A stretch of 64,000 nucleotides of DNA from assembly GCA_964188305.1 (NCBI GenBank), contig OZ076885.1. One strand, 5' to 3'. Below are positions 48,324-62,183 of this stretch, piece after piece. The position numbers and the translations under genes were made by a program. Below the pieces are notes generated by a model. The model saw only the letters and a list, made by a program, of their open reading frames with translations, was not told the origin of the DNA and did not search any database. Source of the stretch: Podarcis bocagei (Eukaryota). Each line of letters opens with the position of its first letter. Position 1 is the stretch's first letter.

Positions 48324-49442
48324 ATGGAGTCCAGCAACGACACTGACAGCTACCCAGGCATTCTGGAGTGTGACTACGAGGACTGGAGTTCATCCAGGAT
48401 CCTGATTCCCTCCATCTACTTGCTGGTTTTCTTCCTAGGCACCACTGGCAACGGCCTGGTACTATGGACCATTTTCTGCGGAGGCCAGGAGAAACGGCGG
48501 TCTGCAGACACGTTCATTGCCAACCTGGCAGTGGCAGACCTCACCTTTGTGGTCACCTTGCCACTTTGGGCTACCTACGTCATCCTGGACTACGACTGGC
48601 CCTTTGGCTCTTTTGCCTGCAAGCTCAGCAGCTACCTGGTCTTTGTCAACATGTACGCCAGTGTCTTCTGCCTTACAGGCCTCAGCTTTGACCGCTACCT
48701 GGCCATCGTCCGCCCCATCGCAAATGCCAAGCTGAGGTCCAAGGTCAGTGGGCTTTTGGTGACCCTAACCCTCTGGGCCATGGCAGTCCTCCTAGCCTTG
48801 CCAGCCATGATCTTCCGGAGCACAACCGTCTTCACCGGGACAGACAAAGTGACGTGCTACATGAATTTCTCCAGTGTGGCCACCGATGAGACCGAGCAGG
48901 TCTGGGAAGCAGGGCTGGGCTTGTCTTCCACCCTCCTGGGCTTTGTGCTTCCCTTTGCCATCATGCTGACCTGCTACTTCTTCATTGCCCGCACCATTGC
49001 TGGCCACTTCCGAAAGGAGCGCACTGAAGCGCTGAGGAAGCGGAAGCGCCTGCTGACCATCATCATCGTCCTGGTGGCCACCTTCGCTGTCTGCTGGCTG
49101 CCCTTCCACTTTGTGAAGACAATCTACATGCTGATGGACTGGGGGGTGATGCCCTTGTCTTGCGGCTTCCACGCCTTCCTCAGCAACCTCCACCCGTACA
49201 GCAGCTGCTTGGCCTACATCAACAGCTGCCTCAACCCTTTCCTCTATGCCTTCTTTGACCCCCGCTTCCGACAGGCCTGTGCCGCCGTCCTCTGCTGCAG
49301 CCCAGGGCATTTGGCAGGATCTGGTGGGGACAAGTCTGCCAGCTACTCCTCCGGCCACAGCCAGAACCACCTGGGGAAAGGAGCAGATGCACAGCGGGAG
49401 AAGCAGTGCCCCGACAGCCAGGAGACTCTGCTCCGGGGATAA
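48324..49442 (+). CDS. APLNR: Apelin receptor (APJ), intronless class A GPCR, 372 aa
   Basis: Seven hydrophobic helices with GN, LAVAD, DRY, CWLP and NPFLY. APJ signatures [31 protein letters not shown] and SQETL. Good Kozak GGCATGG; synteny with TNKS1BP1. Confidence 0.97.
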   Translation: MESSNDTDSYPGILECDYEDWSSSRILIPSIYLLVFFLGTTGNGLVLWTIFCGGQEKRRSADTFIANLAVADLTFVVTLPLWATYVILDYDWPFGSFACKLSSYLVFVNMYASVFCLTGLSFDRYLAIVRPIANAKLRSKVSGLLVTLTLWAMAVLLALPAMIFRSTTVFTGTDKVTCYMNFSSVATDETEQVWEAGLGLSSTLLGFVLPFAIMLTCYFFIARTIAGHFRKERTEALRKRKRLLTIIIVLVATFAVCWLPFHFVKTIYMLMDWGVMPLSCGFHAFLSNLHPYSSCLAYINSCLNPFLYAFFDPRFRQACAAVLCCSPGHLAGSGGDKSASYSSGHSQNHLGKGADAQREKQCPDSQETLLRG

Positions 49443-50762
49443 AAGCTGGACTACGCCACATACAAATGTCAAGGACTTTGGAGATAAGGGGCTCTGTTTT
49501 CCTCTTTTCCACCCTCTTCTGTGGGCCCTTGCTTTTTAATGCTATTATCTTTTTCAGGGTTCCCTTACCCCTTCTGACTTACACCCCCTTCTGCCTTTCT
49601 TTGTCTTTCTCTGCCCACCACCTTGTCCCCTAAACCAGAGCTGGAAAAAATGGTGGTCTTCAATGTAGTCCAACATCCATGTTTAACTTTGCCACTTGAC
49701 CTCTTTTTAAGATGGAATATCCTGCAGTGATGGGATGAGCTAAGCTCCCAAGGAACAATTAGGAGCTCTGCCAGCTGTTCTGGAGTGAAAAATACAGGTC
49801 ATGGTGCTGAAACATAACTTTGCTGGGCACTGGCTCTGTCTCCTGCTCCATAGCACTTTCAATACAGTTTTGCTTCTATCCCCCCCTCTGCACATCTGTG
49901 CTTTTTATTGGCATGGTGCAAAGATAAATCTGCCTTAATTTGTGCTACTTGACATTCCAGTAGCATGGCAGCAGGAAAGAGGGAGCAGAGATGAGTTCCT
50001 TAAGAGGTGACCAGCTGTCTTAGGAGGCAAGCAAAGTCTGCAATCCCACACACACATAGTTGGGAACGAGTCCCCTAGAACTCAGACTTCTGAGCAGGCA
50101 TAACTGGGGTTGCACAGATGGTCTGATCACCGAGGAGACAGCCTATCACTTCTAGGCAAATCCTGGGCATTCTAGAAAGGCAGCAATCCCATGCGCATGA
50201 AATTAACGGGACTCATTTCCAATTAAATCAGGACAGGATCATCCTGTGTGTCCCACTGGGTTCCACTGGGCTTACTTTCAAGTAAGCAGCATAGGATTGC
50301 AACCTGGGGTTAGGATTTTTAGTTTATGGTGAATCCCGCCCTCCCCTGGTTATAGAACCATAAAATTGTAGAGTTGGAAGGGACCCCAAGGGTCATCTAG
50401 TCCAACCCCCTGCAGTGCAGCAGTGTCAGAATTCATTCTGCTCCACACTCCCTAAATAACAACAAACCTGGGAGTAATAACTTCTTATCTGTAGCTGGCT
50501 GTTGTCGTTTTTTTATTTTTATTTTTGCTGCTGCTGTTGTCTGAGCCAGCCTCTGGTCAGGATTCCCTGCCTCAGAAGTTTCCCCACCCACACAATTCAT
50601 TCTTCTTGTCAGGAGACACTTGGGGATGTGATAGATTTACAGCTCCCAGTTGCTCTAGACCTCTGCCGGAGCAAAATGACCACAGCTCAAGGAATGTATC
50701 CTTTTTAAGATCCAGCACTAGGACTGGCACCATGGACAGAGGTCTCCGGCCTGCTCCCTGTA

Positions 50763-51009
50763 CAGTGGTACCTCGGGTTACATACGCTTCAGGTTACATA
50801 AGGTTCAGGTTACTGAATCCGCTAACACAGAAATATTACCTCGGGTTAAGAATTTTGCTTCAGGATGAGAACAGAAATTGTGCTCCGGCAGTGCGGCGGC
50901 AGCAGGAGACCCCATAAGCTAAAGTGGTGCTTCAGGTTAAGAACAGTTTCAGGTTAAGAACGGACCTCCGGAATGAATTAAGTACCGTACTTAACCCGAG
51001 GTACCACTG
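50763..51009. mobile_element. Tc1/mariner (Tigger-like) MITE, probably within the APLNR 3'UTR
   Basis: Perfect TIR CAGTGGTACCTCGGGTTA / TAACCCGAGGTACCACTG with a TA TSD. Confidence 0.92.
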
Positions 51010-51915
51010 TAGTTGAAATGTGCCTTATAAGATGCACTGAGAATAGATACCAGGCTGTCCTTCCCTTTGTTCTTCTCCCTCTTTTCCTGTCCCTTAACAC
51101 CCCCTCCCACTTTATTTCCTGCCACAAGATGTGAAGGAAAGATGTGAGGTGTGAGAAACTATCTCCCCTTCCACACACACACACAATTATGGATGGTTTA
51201 GTAGGAGTGACTTCTTGGGTTTTCAGTTTTTTATGGTATAATCCCCCTCTTTCCCCACAATTCACTGGGAGCTGGTTTCTCCCAGAATGTGTACAGAACC
51301 CCCCTTTGCAGGCAATATGAACAGAAATGGCAAAATGCAGTTAATATTGCATATGAGCTCCCTTTTAAGGGGGTTGGGACCAAATGGCAACTTTCTGATA
51401 ATTTCCTTCTGTTCATTCTCCAGTTTAATATATTGAGCCATGCATCAAAATGCTCCAGAACACTATTATAGGCGTGTTCACATGTTGCATTCAAGGAGTG
51501 TGCAGTCTGTGTACCTATCTACACATATAGTGGAGCTGTATATATCAGATAGTTACACTCTTTTGCACAAAGACTTGCAAGTGTGTAGAGAAAGCTTGTA
51601 ACTGTGCTCTCTGCAAGCTATGAACAAACCTTGAGGAATTTGTCTGTTGGCAAAAGGTTTATGTATGAAATGACCTTAATAATGCATTCTCTGTTCTTAT
51701 TAATCTAGAGACCCTAGGACAAAATTGCAAACAAACAAACAAAAAAGTTTGAATCTCTCACTTGCTATATTTTTTTATATCTGAATGATTATTTTAAAAA
51801 CGACTCATGTTTAATTTCCTAAACTTTTTTTGTATAAGATTTCTGCTGACCTTTTAAAATTTTAGCAAGTGCTGCAGACTGGAAAGCGGCTTTTAGCAAT
51901 CAAATACTCTGCTTG

Positions 51916-51921
51916 AATAAA
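51916..51921 (+). terminator. Candidate APLNR polyadenylation signal (alternative ATTAAA at 52055-52060)
   Basis: AATAAA at the end of an AU-rich block about 2.5 kb after the stop, with U-rich downstream sequence. Confidence 0.45.
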
Positions 51922-54900
51922 GAATAGCGAACTGGGAAATGCAAATGTTTTTGTATAGATCCTATTGAAACAAAAGTATTCATCATCATTATTTTTTTTA
52001 TCCTGCCTAATCCAAATTCATTTCCCACCTGAGAGTGTAATGTTCTATTGTTGAATTAAAGAATCTTAAAATGTATGAAATCTACATCTTTGCTGTCTTC
52101 CTGGGGCAGGGTGGGGGAGGGGAATCTCTCTCCCAGTGGTAAAAATAGATGTGCAGATGGCTCTCGTTCTGGAGAGGACGTGCTGCTGACTGAGGTTGTG
52201 ATGCATTTAACAGAACCAAGCGATAGAACTTTCCCTCAATTGTACCATTTCAGGGTGCAGGTGGGAGGTTTCATGTTTAAAAAACCTCCCCGGATATAGA
52301 AAGGTAGCATTTCAGGGAAAATATGAGGTTGAACAATTCTCCATGGTATGTTCGTTTTCAAGATGAAGAGAAAGTTTTAGATAGGTGGATTTAAACATGA
52401 AACCCCACCCCCAGCTGCAACCTGAAAAGCACGCAATCCAGAACAAGCTTTCCCACTTGATTTTGGCTAATGTCTAAAAGGGCTCTGTGTGTGTCAGCTT
52501 CTTTCTCCTTGGACAGAGAAAGTGCACACCCTAATTTGGATTATGCATATGTGATGTGTTTCTGAGCTGTCGATGCCCTTGTCTTAAAGCCTTGAAAAGA
52601 CTGCAGAAAGGAGAATAGGAGAGGGCAATCTGGTTAAAATTCCTCTTTGAATTTTATTATGATTGATCTCATGCTGCTATTAAGATTTCCCACAAGCTTG
52701 ATAGTAGCACTGGGGGGCAGGATTTAAAACTTTCCTCTTCCTGGGATGCTCCCTGTGCTGCTCAGCTGACTGGAGAACAGCTGAGAGTGATGAAAAGGGG
52801 AATAGACTGCTGGAAAAAATGTTAATAATATGGGGTCTCATCCTTCTTCCTCTTCCTCAGCTGATCGGTGGGAGGGTATTTCATGGGGGGGTAAGAGGGA
52901 CAAAAGGTAACAGGGGTGGGTGGGTGCAGATTGCACAGTTCTAAACAGGAGATGGTGCGGGGGGAGGTTCTTGGAGACTATGCATATTGCCCGGAGAACA
53001 CACAAAATGCAGTCAAGATATGGCCTGTTGGAGATTATCTCCTAATGTCTGGAGAATATACAACATTCGGCTGAGATATGGACATTCCCTAAGGCCTTTT
53101 GGAGATTATGTACATTGACTGGGAAATGTGCACAGTTGCCTTTTATGTGCATATTCTCCATGAGGCCTGGTTAATGTGCATAATGTCTGGTTATGCACAT
53201 TAATTGCTCAAATTACATATATAGCGAAGGCACTGGCTCTGGTGTTTAGTGCCTATGGATCATATTGGTGCTTGCCTATTGTATCTGGAACCACCCAGGT
53301 GTCCATATGCACACCTCTCCTCTGGATGCTTTAGGGGAAGACTTGCCCATCCATGGTGGCATTGCCCTCTTTGCTCCCTCCCACTGCAGAAACATAGCAG
53401 AAAGCTTCAGAGACCAATGTTCCCAGACAAAGCCACAGCTCAAACAATCTAGTTTGCTCTGCTACCAGATTCCTTGCTGGAGCCAGATGCAAGGGAAACC
53501 AAACATTCAAAATGCAAAAAGAGATAAAAACTGATGCCTGAGTGCAAATAACTGCTAGACGCCCCAGTGTCCTCACTACAGAATTCTTGAACTTTCCACT
53601 TTCAGATTCCCAAAGAGTGTCACTCTCTCTTACTCTTCACCATTATGCTTTTCATCAGTCACAAACACCAATGATGTCTCCTAGGGCTCCCAGATGTCTG
53701 CTTATCCCACATGCTTCTCCCAAGAAAACTCACTCTTTAGTGCTGAATCAAGACAAACATCAATCGAGTTTTCAGCAGATTGATGTTTGCTCTGATTTAA
53801 CAGAGCGGGTTTTCCCTGGTAAAGCACTGGGACAAGCAGAAAACAATTTGGAATCGTGCCTAGAAAGCATGGGACAAGTGGAAGCCTTCTCCTTCTTTCA
53901 TTGCTGGGCTCTCCCCTATTCCCGCTGTCCAGCTAGCTGATGGAGAGGGCTGTGACCCCACATCCACTTACCTGGGAGTAAGTTACATCAAACTCCGTGG
54001 GGCTCTCTTCTGAGCAGAGATGCATGGAAATGCATTGTAACTGTACCTATCTGACTGCCACCATGCTCCTCCCTTTTCAGAACTTTGCTACCACAACTAT
54101 TTTGAGTGTAAAACTTATTTTGGGAGTGAGATGTGTGCTAATTAAAGTGGGTATGTTGGTTAAATCTAAATCTAAAATGGTACTTTATGTGTCACAAGAC
54201 ACAATTAACAGAGCTTCTCAAAAATTCTTTGGAGTGGGCACACCAGTAGGTTAGATCAGTAGATTGGGGATGCAGCTCACAGCTTCAATCCTCAGCATCT
54301 CCAGGTAGGGTTGGGAGAGACACCTGCCTGAAATTCTGGAGAGCTGCTGCCACTCAGTGTCAATAGAACTGCTCTGGATAGACCAATGAACAGAGTCAGT
54401 ATCAGGCAGCTTCCTGTGCTTTGTGTTCAACAGATGATGATGAATCTGACTTACTTGACTGCTTCACCATAACACTAAAGTGACCAAATAATTGATACAG
54501 GAGCATCAGTGCACATGCTGTTTTATCAAGTTCCCCTGGCCTATGTGAGTCCAAGCATCACAAGCTGCTTTTATACCAATACTATCCTGACATCCCACAT
54601 GCCTTGGGCGCATCACCCTGATGGCAGCTTCTGCTATCTGTTGAGTATTAGGGCCAGGGAGGAATGTGCAGGCTGGGCTATATATTTCTTGGGGAAAGCA
54701 CATGGATGCTCCTATGGGAAAGATTTATTGTTTATTATTTACGGCATGTCTATCCCACCTTTTTCTCCAATGAGCTCAAGGTGCTGCACAATGCACATGG
54801 CTCTCCAGTTCCACATTTAATCTCCAAAACACCCCTGCGAGGTTGGTGAGGCTGAGAAGCAGGCCCAAGATCACATGGTGAGTTACATGGTCTCCCAGAT

Positions 54901-56949
54901 TTACTCTTTTCCCAAACTGGGAGCAAGGCGAACAGCAACGTGGACATACAAAATGACCATAAGCAAATTACCAATGCCACTATCAAACGGCGGAGGATAT
55001 GCAGCTTTTTCACTTCTCTCTAGCCTGCACGACTTCACACAGGCATAATAACTGAATCCACTGTTGATGCTTTGCTTGTGTGAAACAGCTGCATCAGATC
55101 AGCCATCAATGGAAGAACTTTTCCACCACCTGAAGAGTGCTTGTTTCACCTATGGAAACAAGCAGTTGACACATTCAGCAGCCGCTCAGCCAGTGATGTG
55201 CATGTTTGTGTGAACTGGCTCTCAAAAGTCCTCTGCTGTTCCGTAGGTTTCTTCTCACCCAACAAATCCACCTAATTATTTCAGCTCTTCCTTTGTAGTC
55301 TCCCTGTCCTGAAAATAAAGAGGGGCAAATGGTGCTAAACCTCTAGCTGGCAGCTCTGTGATACATTTGTCATCAGGACCCTATCAAGTCAACTACAGGT
55401 AGAGAAAAGCAGAGACAATTGTGAAGGGTGGGGGGGGGGAGGAGGAGAGGGGCTTCGGCTGATGGAACTTGCTAAGTGAATTCTGCCCGTGAATGGCTAG
55501 CTGCATCAAGAGCAAAAATAAGTGAATAAACTCCAGGTTTGGCGCACAAGTTAAATGAATAATAGTTGAGGGAAATGGATATGTTTAGTTTTGAAATGCT
55601 GTTATAGAAGAGGCAAGAGAGACAAAGGTAATATTTACGAATGTCTAGGAAGAAGCAATGAAAGACTACAAAAGGTGCGGCATCAATTGATTTCAGGGTA
55701 AACCTGGAGTTCTCTTGCTACAGTGTAAGAGAAGTGAGAACAACAGTAATAATGAAGGAACAGCGCTGGGATGGCACAGTGACTCTTTCGTCCCTCTCTT
55801 GCTGCTTTGGGACAGGTGTGGATTCTGGGCTGCATCTTGAAATTTTAATGGGTACAAAGTTGCAGCCAAGCATTTCCTAAATGTACCAAAACTACCAACA
55901 CCACTTAGAGTGGTGGATTAGTGAGTTTTGTTTTTTTTAAAAGGTTGATTTACTTCCCCATGTTCCTGAAATTGGATCTGTTTACTTTGCCTTCCTTCTG
56001 TTTAGTTTCCCCTTCAAGTGTTGCAAAATGTTAATTTCTTCCTGGAGTTCTGTTAACTGCGTCCCTGGCAATTAGATCAAAGCAGAGCCAGCATGTTGTA
56101 TAATAGCCTCTCCTTAAAATAAAACAAAGGTTTTAAAATCTGAACTGCTAGATCAAGGCAGAGTTCCCGCCCAAAGCTTCTGCATTCGCAAATTAAATAA
56201 AATAGACTTTGTTAAACCTGAACTGCTAGGTAGTTAGGCAGTGGCTCCCAGTTCCCATCCCACCATCTCCCATCTTCAGTCCCAAATCCACAGAAATGTC
56301 AAGGACCACCTGAATGAAGCTTGTGGCCCACAGACCAGTTTGGGAATCCCTGGTGACAGTGTGTCAGAAAATTTCATGGCAAGGCCTTAATTCCCTTTTC
56401 TCTGACTGAAACAGATGCCAAGATCAGACTTCACGTGCAGAGTGAGCTCTTTGGCCTTAAAACATCGCAATATGAAGTATCTTTAATGGCGGTGGTGGAT
56501 GTGAATCAATGCAAAATAATAAAATGTTTTTCCTGGTTTTCTCACTTTGGTTCTAGTAATAAGAGACAGGGCTTATCCTAAAAGGCAGCGTACTAGCCAA
56601 AATAGCCACCCCTGGGATTTTCAGAAGCCAACAAGTGCACTTGTGGGTACCAGGCCACGTAATTCCGCATTCTCTGGGTGACTGGGATTAAGCCAGACGA
56701 CTGTTTATCAAAAAGACAATTTACCTCAGTGCTTATGTGACCTCTTGATTACAGATAACTATTTAACTACGTATTTACATCGAGTAATACATTTAATCCT
56801 TTTGTTTAGGGAGGCTAACCTTGCTGGTTGGTTTATGGCACTTTGCTGTGCAGTTCACTGCTGGGGGGGCTTTTGGCTGAAAAGTAGTGTATAAGTTAAC
56901 TGGGGCTGGGGAAAACCAACCAAACAAACAAATAAAACTTTCCATTTGA

Positions 56950-57445
56950 GAGTAATGACCAGCACTCTTTCCCCAATACTCTTTAACCTTCTTACATGCT
57001 CACCGCATATGAAAAAAGGTTTCCTCCCTTTCTTTACAATTCCAACACAAATCTGATTCTACTTTATACATCTTAACCAATCTACTCAGAGTTAAATACC
57101 ATCTATGGATCATTTTCATGTGATTCTCTTTCCGTGCATCTCATGCAGTAAATTTCAAATCGTTCTTCCAGAGTTTCTCCCAAAGTTTTAGATCTATGTT
57201 ATGCCCTATATCCATTGCCCAGTGTGTCACTGAAGCTTTAACCTGCTCATCTTTTGTTTCCCATTCTAGCAGTAATTGATATATTTTAGACTATAGGTTG
57301 TCCTTATTCTGTAATAACTGTCTTTCATACTGTGAGCTTTGGTCTGAAAACCCATTTTTCTTCCCTAGTTTAAACATGTTGTATAACTGATTATACTTGG
57401 CTCCTCATATTTTCCATTGGTTTTAATCTGGGCTCCCTCCCTGTG
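56950..57445 (-). mobile_element. L1 ORF2 C-terminal fragment (decayed)
   Basis: Minus strand reads SKIYQLLLEWETKDEQVK...WAMDIGHNI...WEKLWK...KMIHRWYLT...CWNCKEREETFFHM, the L1 cysteine-rich domain. Confidence 0.88.
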
Positions 57446-60089
57446 TCTTTGACTTACTTTGTGGTTCAGTGCCTATCATACTCTCCCCACCCCAATTTGG
57501 CAAATAGTCAGCTGCCTTCACTCTGTTTCCCATTTTAGAGTGGGAGTAGTTGAGGGACAGAGACTGGATAAGCCATTATCAATAAAACTCCTTCATAGGA
57601 ACATGAGAAGCCCCCTCTACATTATCAGACCAAAAACCTACCTAGCCAATATCGTGTTTCCCAAAGTGGTCTTTGACCAGATGTCTGTGAGAAGCCCACA
57701 GGCAAAACATGAGGGCAATAACCCTCTCCTGCTGCTCTGACTGGTAACCCAGGGCACACTGCTTTTGATTCTGAAGGTAGCAGATAGTTATCCTGTCCAA
57801 TGCCCATTGATAACCTTATCCTCCATGAGTCTGTAGGATCCTCTTTGAAAGCTGTCTAACATGGTGCATCATCACATCTTGTGGTACCAAATTCCTGCTC
57901 TGTGTGATAAATCGCTTTGACTGAATGGTCGGCCACAGAAGACTAGCTCCATACCCCATGTGAAAAGTGTAGAGCAAGTGGTCACTAACCTTATTGGGCC
58001 TGTGGTCAGATTTGCAAACATGAGAAACTTTTGTGGGCACCCCCCACCCACCACCGCAGCACAACAGCCTCTTCTATGGGTTACCACAGAATGATTCTTC
58101 CAAATTTCTAATTTCAGTGAGGGGAGGGGTGTACCTTGGGGACAGCAAAGATGGCCTCTGTGAGCACATGGACACCACATTGACAACCCCTTAGAATTGC
58201 CCCATCCTCACTTTGCCCCCTTGTTGTGTGGAGTAGGAATGTGGGGCAAAAAGAATGACTGCTAAGGAACAAGAATAGATGCCAGTTCACCTGATTCTGC
58301 TTGCAAATATATGTTTAGATGAAACCTCAACATGCCCCCATGAGGCTAGTCAGGCAATTACTGCCCACACATATAAAAGCTGGGCTTGTGGGAGTGTTTG
58401 TTTGCTGTTTGCTTCTTATCTGAAGAAAAGTTTGAAGGCTACAGCTGGGTTAATTGAGGTGCTGCTTTTTTTTTTTGCACACAAGCAAAACAGCAAACAC
58501 TTGACAGTTGCTTATGGGAATCATACTAAAGATAGCATTTGGCAAAAGGAAAAAACACATCCTACTGACACCTAATAAGGCAATTAAGAAGACCTCAGAA
58601 GTACCTCAGGCCAGGCTAATTGATCTAAGCAGGCCAACAGCACCGGGGGTGGGGGGTGGAAATAAAGACTGTTTTGAAGTCTGTTTAGGCGTTGATGGAC
58701 AATGCTCCGGGTCTAAGGTCTTCCGCTTACCAGCAGGGCAGCAGTCCACAGCAAAGAACCATTTTCTTCAGTCACCCCTCTCACGGCCATTGCTGACAGA
58801 AAAGAATAAGCTGACACTGTGAGGGAGTTGCATGCTCAAACAGCCGCCCACTTCGCCCTCCCTATGTTCCTGTGTGAGGCAGACCTCGTGGGAGGGATAG
58901 TGTTGTTTCAGAGTGCAGCAGCTGTAAGTGCACTTGTCTCTGAGGGAAATGTCTCCTTCCCTCCCCCAAATTAAGCTAAAGAAACTTCGGCAGACTTCTT
59001 TTGACTCCTACATGGAGCTGCTTCCGAGGCTGGGTGTCTATTCCCAGCCTCTATGGTACTGATGGCAAGGATAATCCTTCACCTAGCAGCCAAGGTGCTG
59101 AGGAGGACAGCAGCTGGGCCAAAGAAGCCTACTTACTAGTTCAATCTAAAACTGCTGACAGCCACCCACATGGGCTACCCAGAGGCCCGGTTGGCATCTC
59201 AGTCTGTGTCTCTTATGAACTCAGTCCTATTGCGCATTGTTTACTTGGGAGTAAGCTCCACTGAATTCAATGGGACTTTTCCCCAAGTAATACAGCTGAG
59301 ATCCTATGACCAAAAAAGCCACTCAACTCAGTCACTGTGGTACACAGCCTCCACCACCACCGCCATTGTACCAGGTGGAACAGGCCAGAGAAGTGGTGAT
59401 TTGAGGGAGAAGGTACAAGGGCAGCCTGCTTTGACCAAGTCATGGGAGCTATGATGGGCAAATACCAGAGTTCATTTGGGGGTCTCTGAGGCTTGCTGAG
59501 TTTTACATTGGCCTCTACAGAGCTGAGCAATCACAATTTCCTGCGTGTTTTCAGAATAGATACTGCATGGCTCAACCAACCTAAATTCAGTGCTGGCTAA
59601 CATAGGCTTAAAGTAAGCTAAAGTAGACCAGGCTGCTTGCTGAGATAGATAGAAAAGCTTGGAAGTCAAGATTGTGTAGAAATTCAGCCTGAGGCAAGTC
59701 CTAGTCCCTCCAGCTCTTTCAACTTCTCCATGCATGGACTTGGAAAATGGCTGGAGTCTAGACCATTCCTTTGTTTGGAAATGAGACTTCCTTGCTACAT
59801 TGGATGCCTTTTTTATTTTTGTCTCTTATGAGCAGGGTTAAAAGTGTCAGGCAATGGAGAAATGCTGGACTTGATCATAGCTGTGGTTTGGCAGCAGCGC
59901 ATCATCCTGTGCTTCCACAGGAAACAAATGTCAAGGCAGGGACTGCATGCTTTTTCACATGCAGGTCTTATTGTGCAGGGGAAAAGGTTATTATTATTAA
60001 ACACCATGCTAATGCCAATACAAATACAGTCCATATTTGTGGTGAGTAGTGGTGGCTACCCAAGAGTAGCTTATTTTTAATTTTCATTT

Positions 60090-60283
60090 ATTATTCCAAT
60101 TACAGTATATTCTACCTCTCCCCCCAAGAAACTCATTTCATCCCCGCAACAACCCTGTGTGGTAGGTTAGGTTAAGAGATTTGTGATTGGCTCATATGCA
60201 TGCAGTGAGCTTCATGGCCCAGTGATGAAATGAATCCTGGTCTCCCAGGTCCTAGTCCAACACTCACCACTACACCACACTGC
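60090..60283 (-). mobile_element. MIR/Squam3-like SINE
   Basis: AACAACCCTGTG..GTAGGTTAGG...TCTCCCAGGTCCTAGTCCAACACTC..CCACTACACCACACTG. Confidence 0.75.
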
Positions 60284-60375
60284 CCCTTGTAACACAGTCT
60301 AGTATTATTATCCTCTCATTATACAGGGGGCTGAACTCTAAGCCTGCAGCTTGGTGTTATCTACTTAGGGTCATC

Positions 60376-60809
60376 CGGTGCTTCTTTTTCTGGGGAGACG
60401 CAGGAGTACACATACCCCTAAACCAGGGGTCAGCAAACTTTTTCAGCAGGGGGCCGGTCCACTGTCCCTCAGAACTTGTGGGGGGCCAGACTATATTTTC
60501 AAAAAAATAATGAATGAACCCCACAAATAACCCAGAGATGCATTTTAAATAAAAGGACACATTCTACTCATGTAAAAACACGCTGATTCCCGGACTGTCC
60601 ATGGGCCGGATTGAGAAGGCGATTGGGCCGGATCTGACGCCTGGGCCTTAGTTTGCCTTCCTATGCCCTAAACATTTTGTGAATCTTTGTACTTTTGTCC
60701 ATTTACTGTATTTATTTTTCCCCAATGTGAACTATAAAATGGTGATTTTCTTGAGTCAAAATGAGAGTACCTCTTAAACATATTTTTTTTATATAGAAAA
60801 AAAGCACTG
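60376..60809. mobile_element. Outer hAT MITE
   Basis: TIRs CGGTGCTTCTTTTTCT / AGAAAAAAAGCACTG. Perfect 8-bp TSD GGGTCATC at 60368-60375 and 60810-60817. Confidence 0.88.
60424..60665. mobile_element. Inner hAT MITE nested in the previous element
   Basis: TIRs CAGGGGTCAGCAAACT / AGTTTGCCTTCCTATG. Perfect 8-bp TSD CCCTAAAC at 60416-60423 and 60666-60673. Confidence 0.9.
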
Positions 60810-62183
60810 GGGTCATCTAATTTATCCTCGCTGCTCTTACTGCAATCTAGGTTCTTGAACAGCCCTCAGAAGCACTGTAGTGGAAGCTCTTAACACCTGC
60901 AATGTGCAGCTAGGGGCTATGTAGTTGCTGTTTTGGCTTTCCAGCAAGAACGATCGGACACCAACAAATTCTTCAGATTGTAGCCTCAAACTCAAAGCTG
61001 AACACTGACATAATTGCACCCCATTCACTTTCATGCAGACGCACTGGGCATTCACCCCTCCTAACGCTGCAAAATGAGGGTCCCACTTCCAACCAGAAGC
61101 CAAGGACTCTTTCTGTCTCTATCCTTTCTGTCTCTATGCATATTTTCTAATTATGTTTCTTGACTTGGCTCAGATCTGGGAAGGATGCAGGGCTGATACT
61201 GCTGGCAAGATTTCTTTTGTTCGGTCTTGTTTGTGTGACTTTTCTTATCACGGTGATCTCATAATTTTGCACCTTCTGCCAAATTCATAACTCTAGTGGG
61301 ATTAATTTGTCTCATGATCTAACAAGTATTAAAATAAAAACAAAGCTAAAGGAAGGGTGCAGTAGATTGCTTTGTTTTTAACTTTCTGAACTTGGATACA
61401 AGAGGCGACCTGAGGACTAATTCCATACCAGGGGTGATTAATGCCCAGTTTTGGGGCTTGAACTCCACCCAATAAGCCATTTTTTCTGCTCACAATGACC
61501 CCACTACTTTTGGCAGCAATGGCAAAAATAAAATATGAATTAAAGTGGATAGAACCCTGAGGTGGGTGGAGTCCTGTGGCCTAATGCTGATGCAAATAGT
61601 CTCTTCCCTGGTTATCAGATCTATCATTAGATGAGGAGGAAAAGTGTGATAGCAAGCAATCAGCTGAAAATGAGCTTTGGTATTCCAGGGACTGTTGTCA
61701 CCACCAGATCCCCATCCCTACTGTGCTCTGCAGGATACCATCTAAAGATATTATCTCATCAGGAATTCCTTTCTACACTGTCAGGCCTTTAGGGTGGTGG
61801 CATCTAACTTGGGGAACTCCCCCTCTTCACATGTCAGACATCTCTACTGTCTTTTCAGCATCTGTCCAAGTCTTTCCTCTGTCAACAAGTGTACCTCAGT
61901 CAGTATCTGTTTTGAATTTTGAGTGTGTTTGTATATGTGTGTGTATTAGTTTTGCCTGTTTTTATATAAGAAATTGTTTTAACTATTTTAATGTGTGCAA
62001 TGATTTTGTATATGGTTTTATTGTATGGTGAAATTGCTTCAAGATGCTTCATAGGAAGCATGAAGATCATCATCATCAGGTATTGTAATCATACTGTATG
62101 AAAAACTGTGGGGCTGTAATAAAGACTCGGGTGTGTTTTCTGGCTTCCACTAAGAACACAGCTTCTTAAATTAACTTACAGTT

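Noticed and set aside
48792-49472. 226-aa antisense ORF over APLNR
   Set aside because: Shadow ORF expected from the high GC3 codon usage of the sense gene, with no independent start context or motif.
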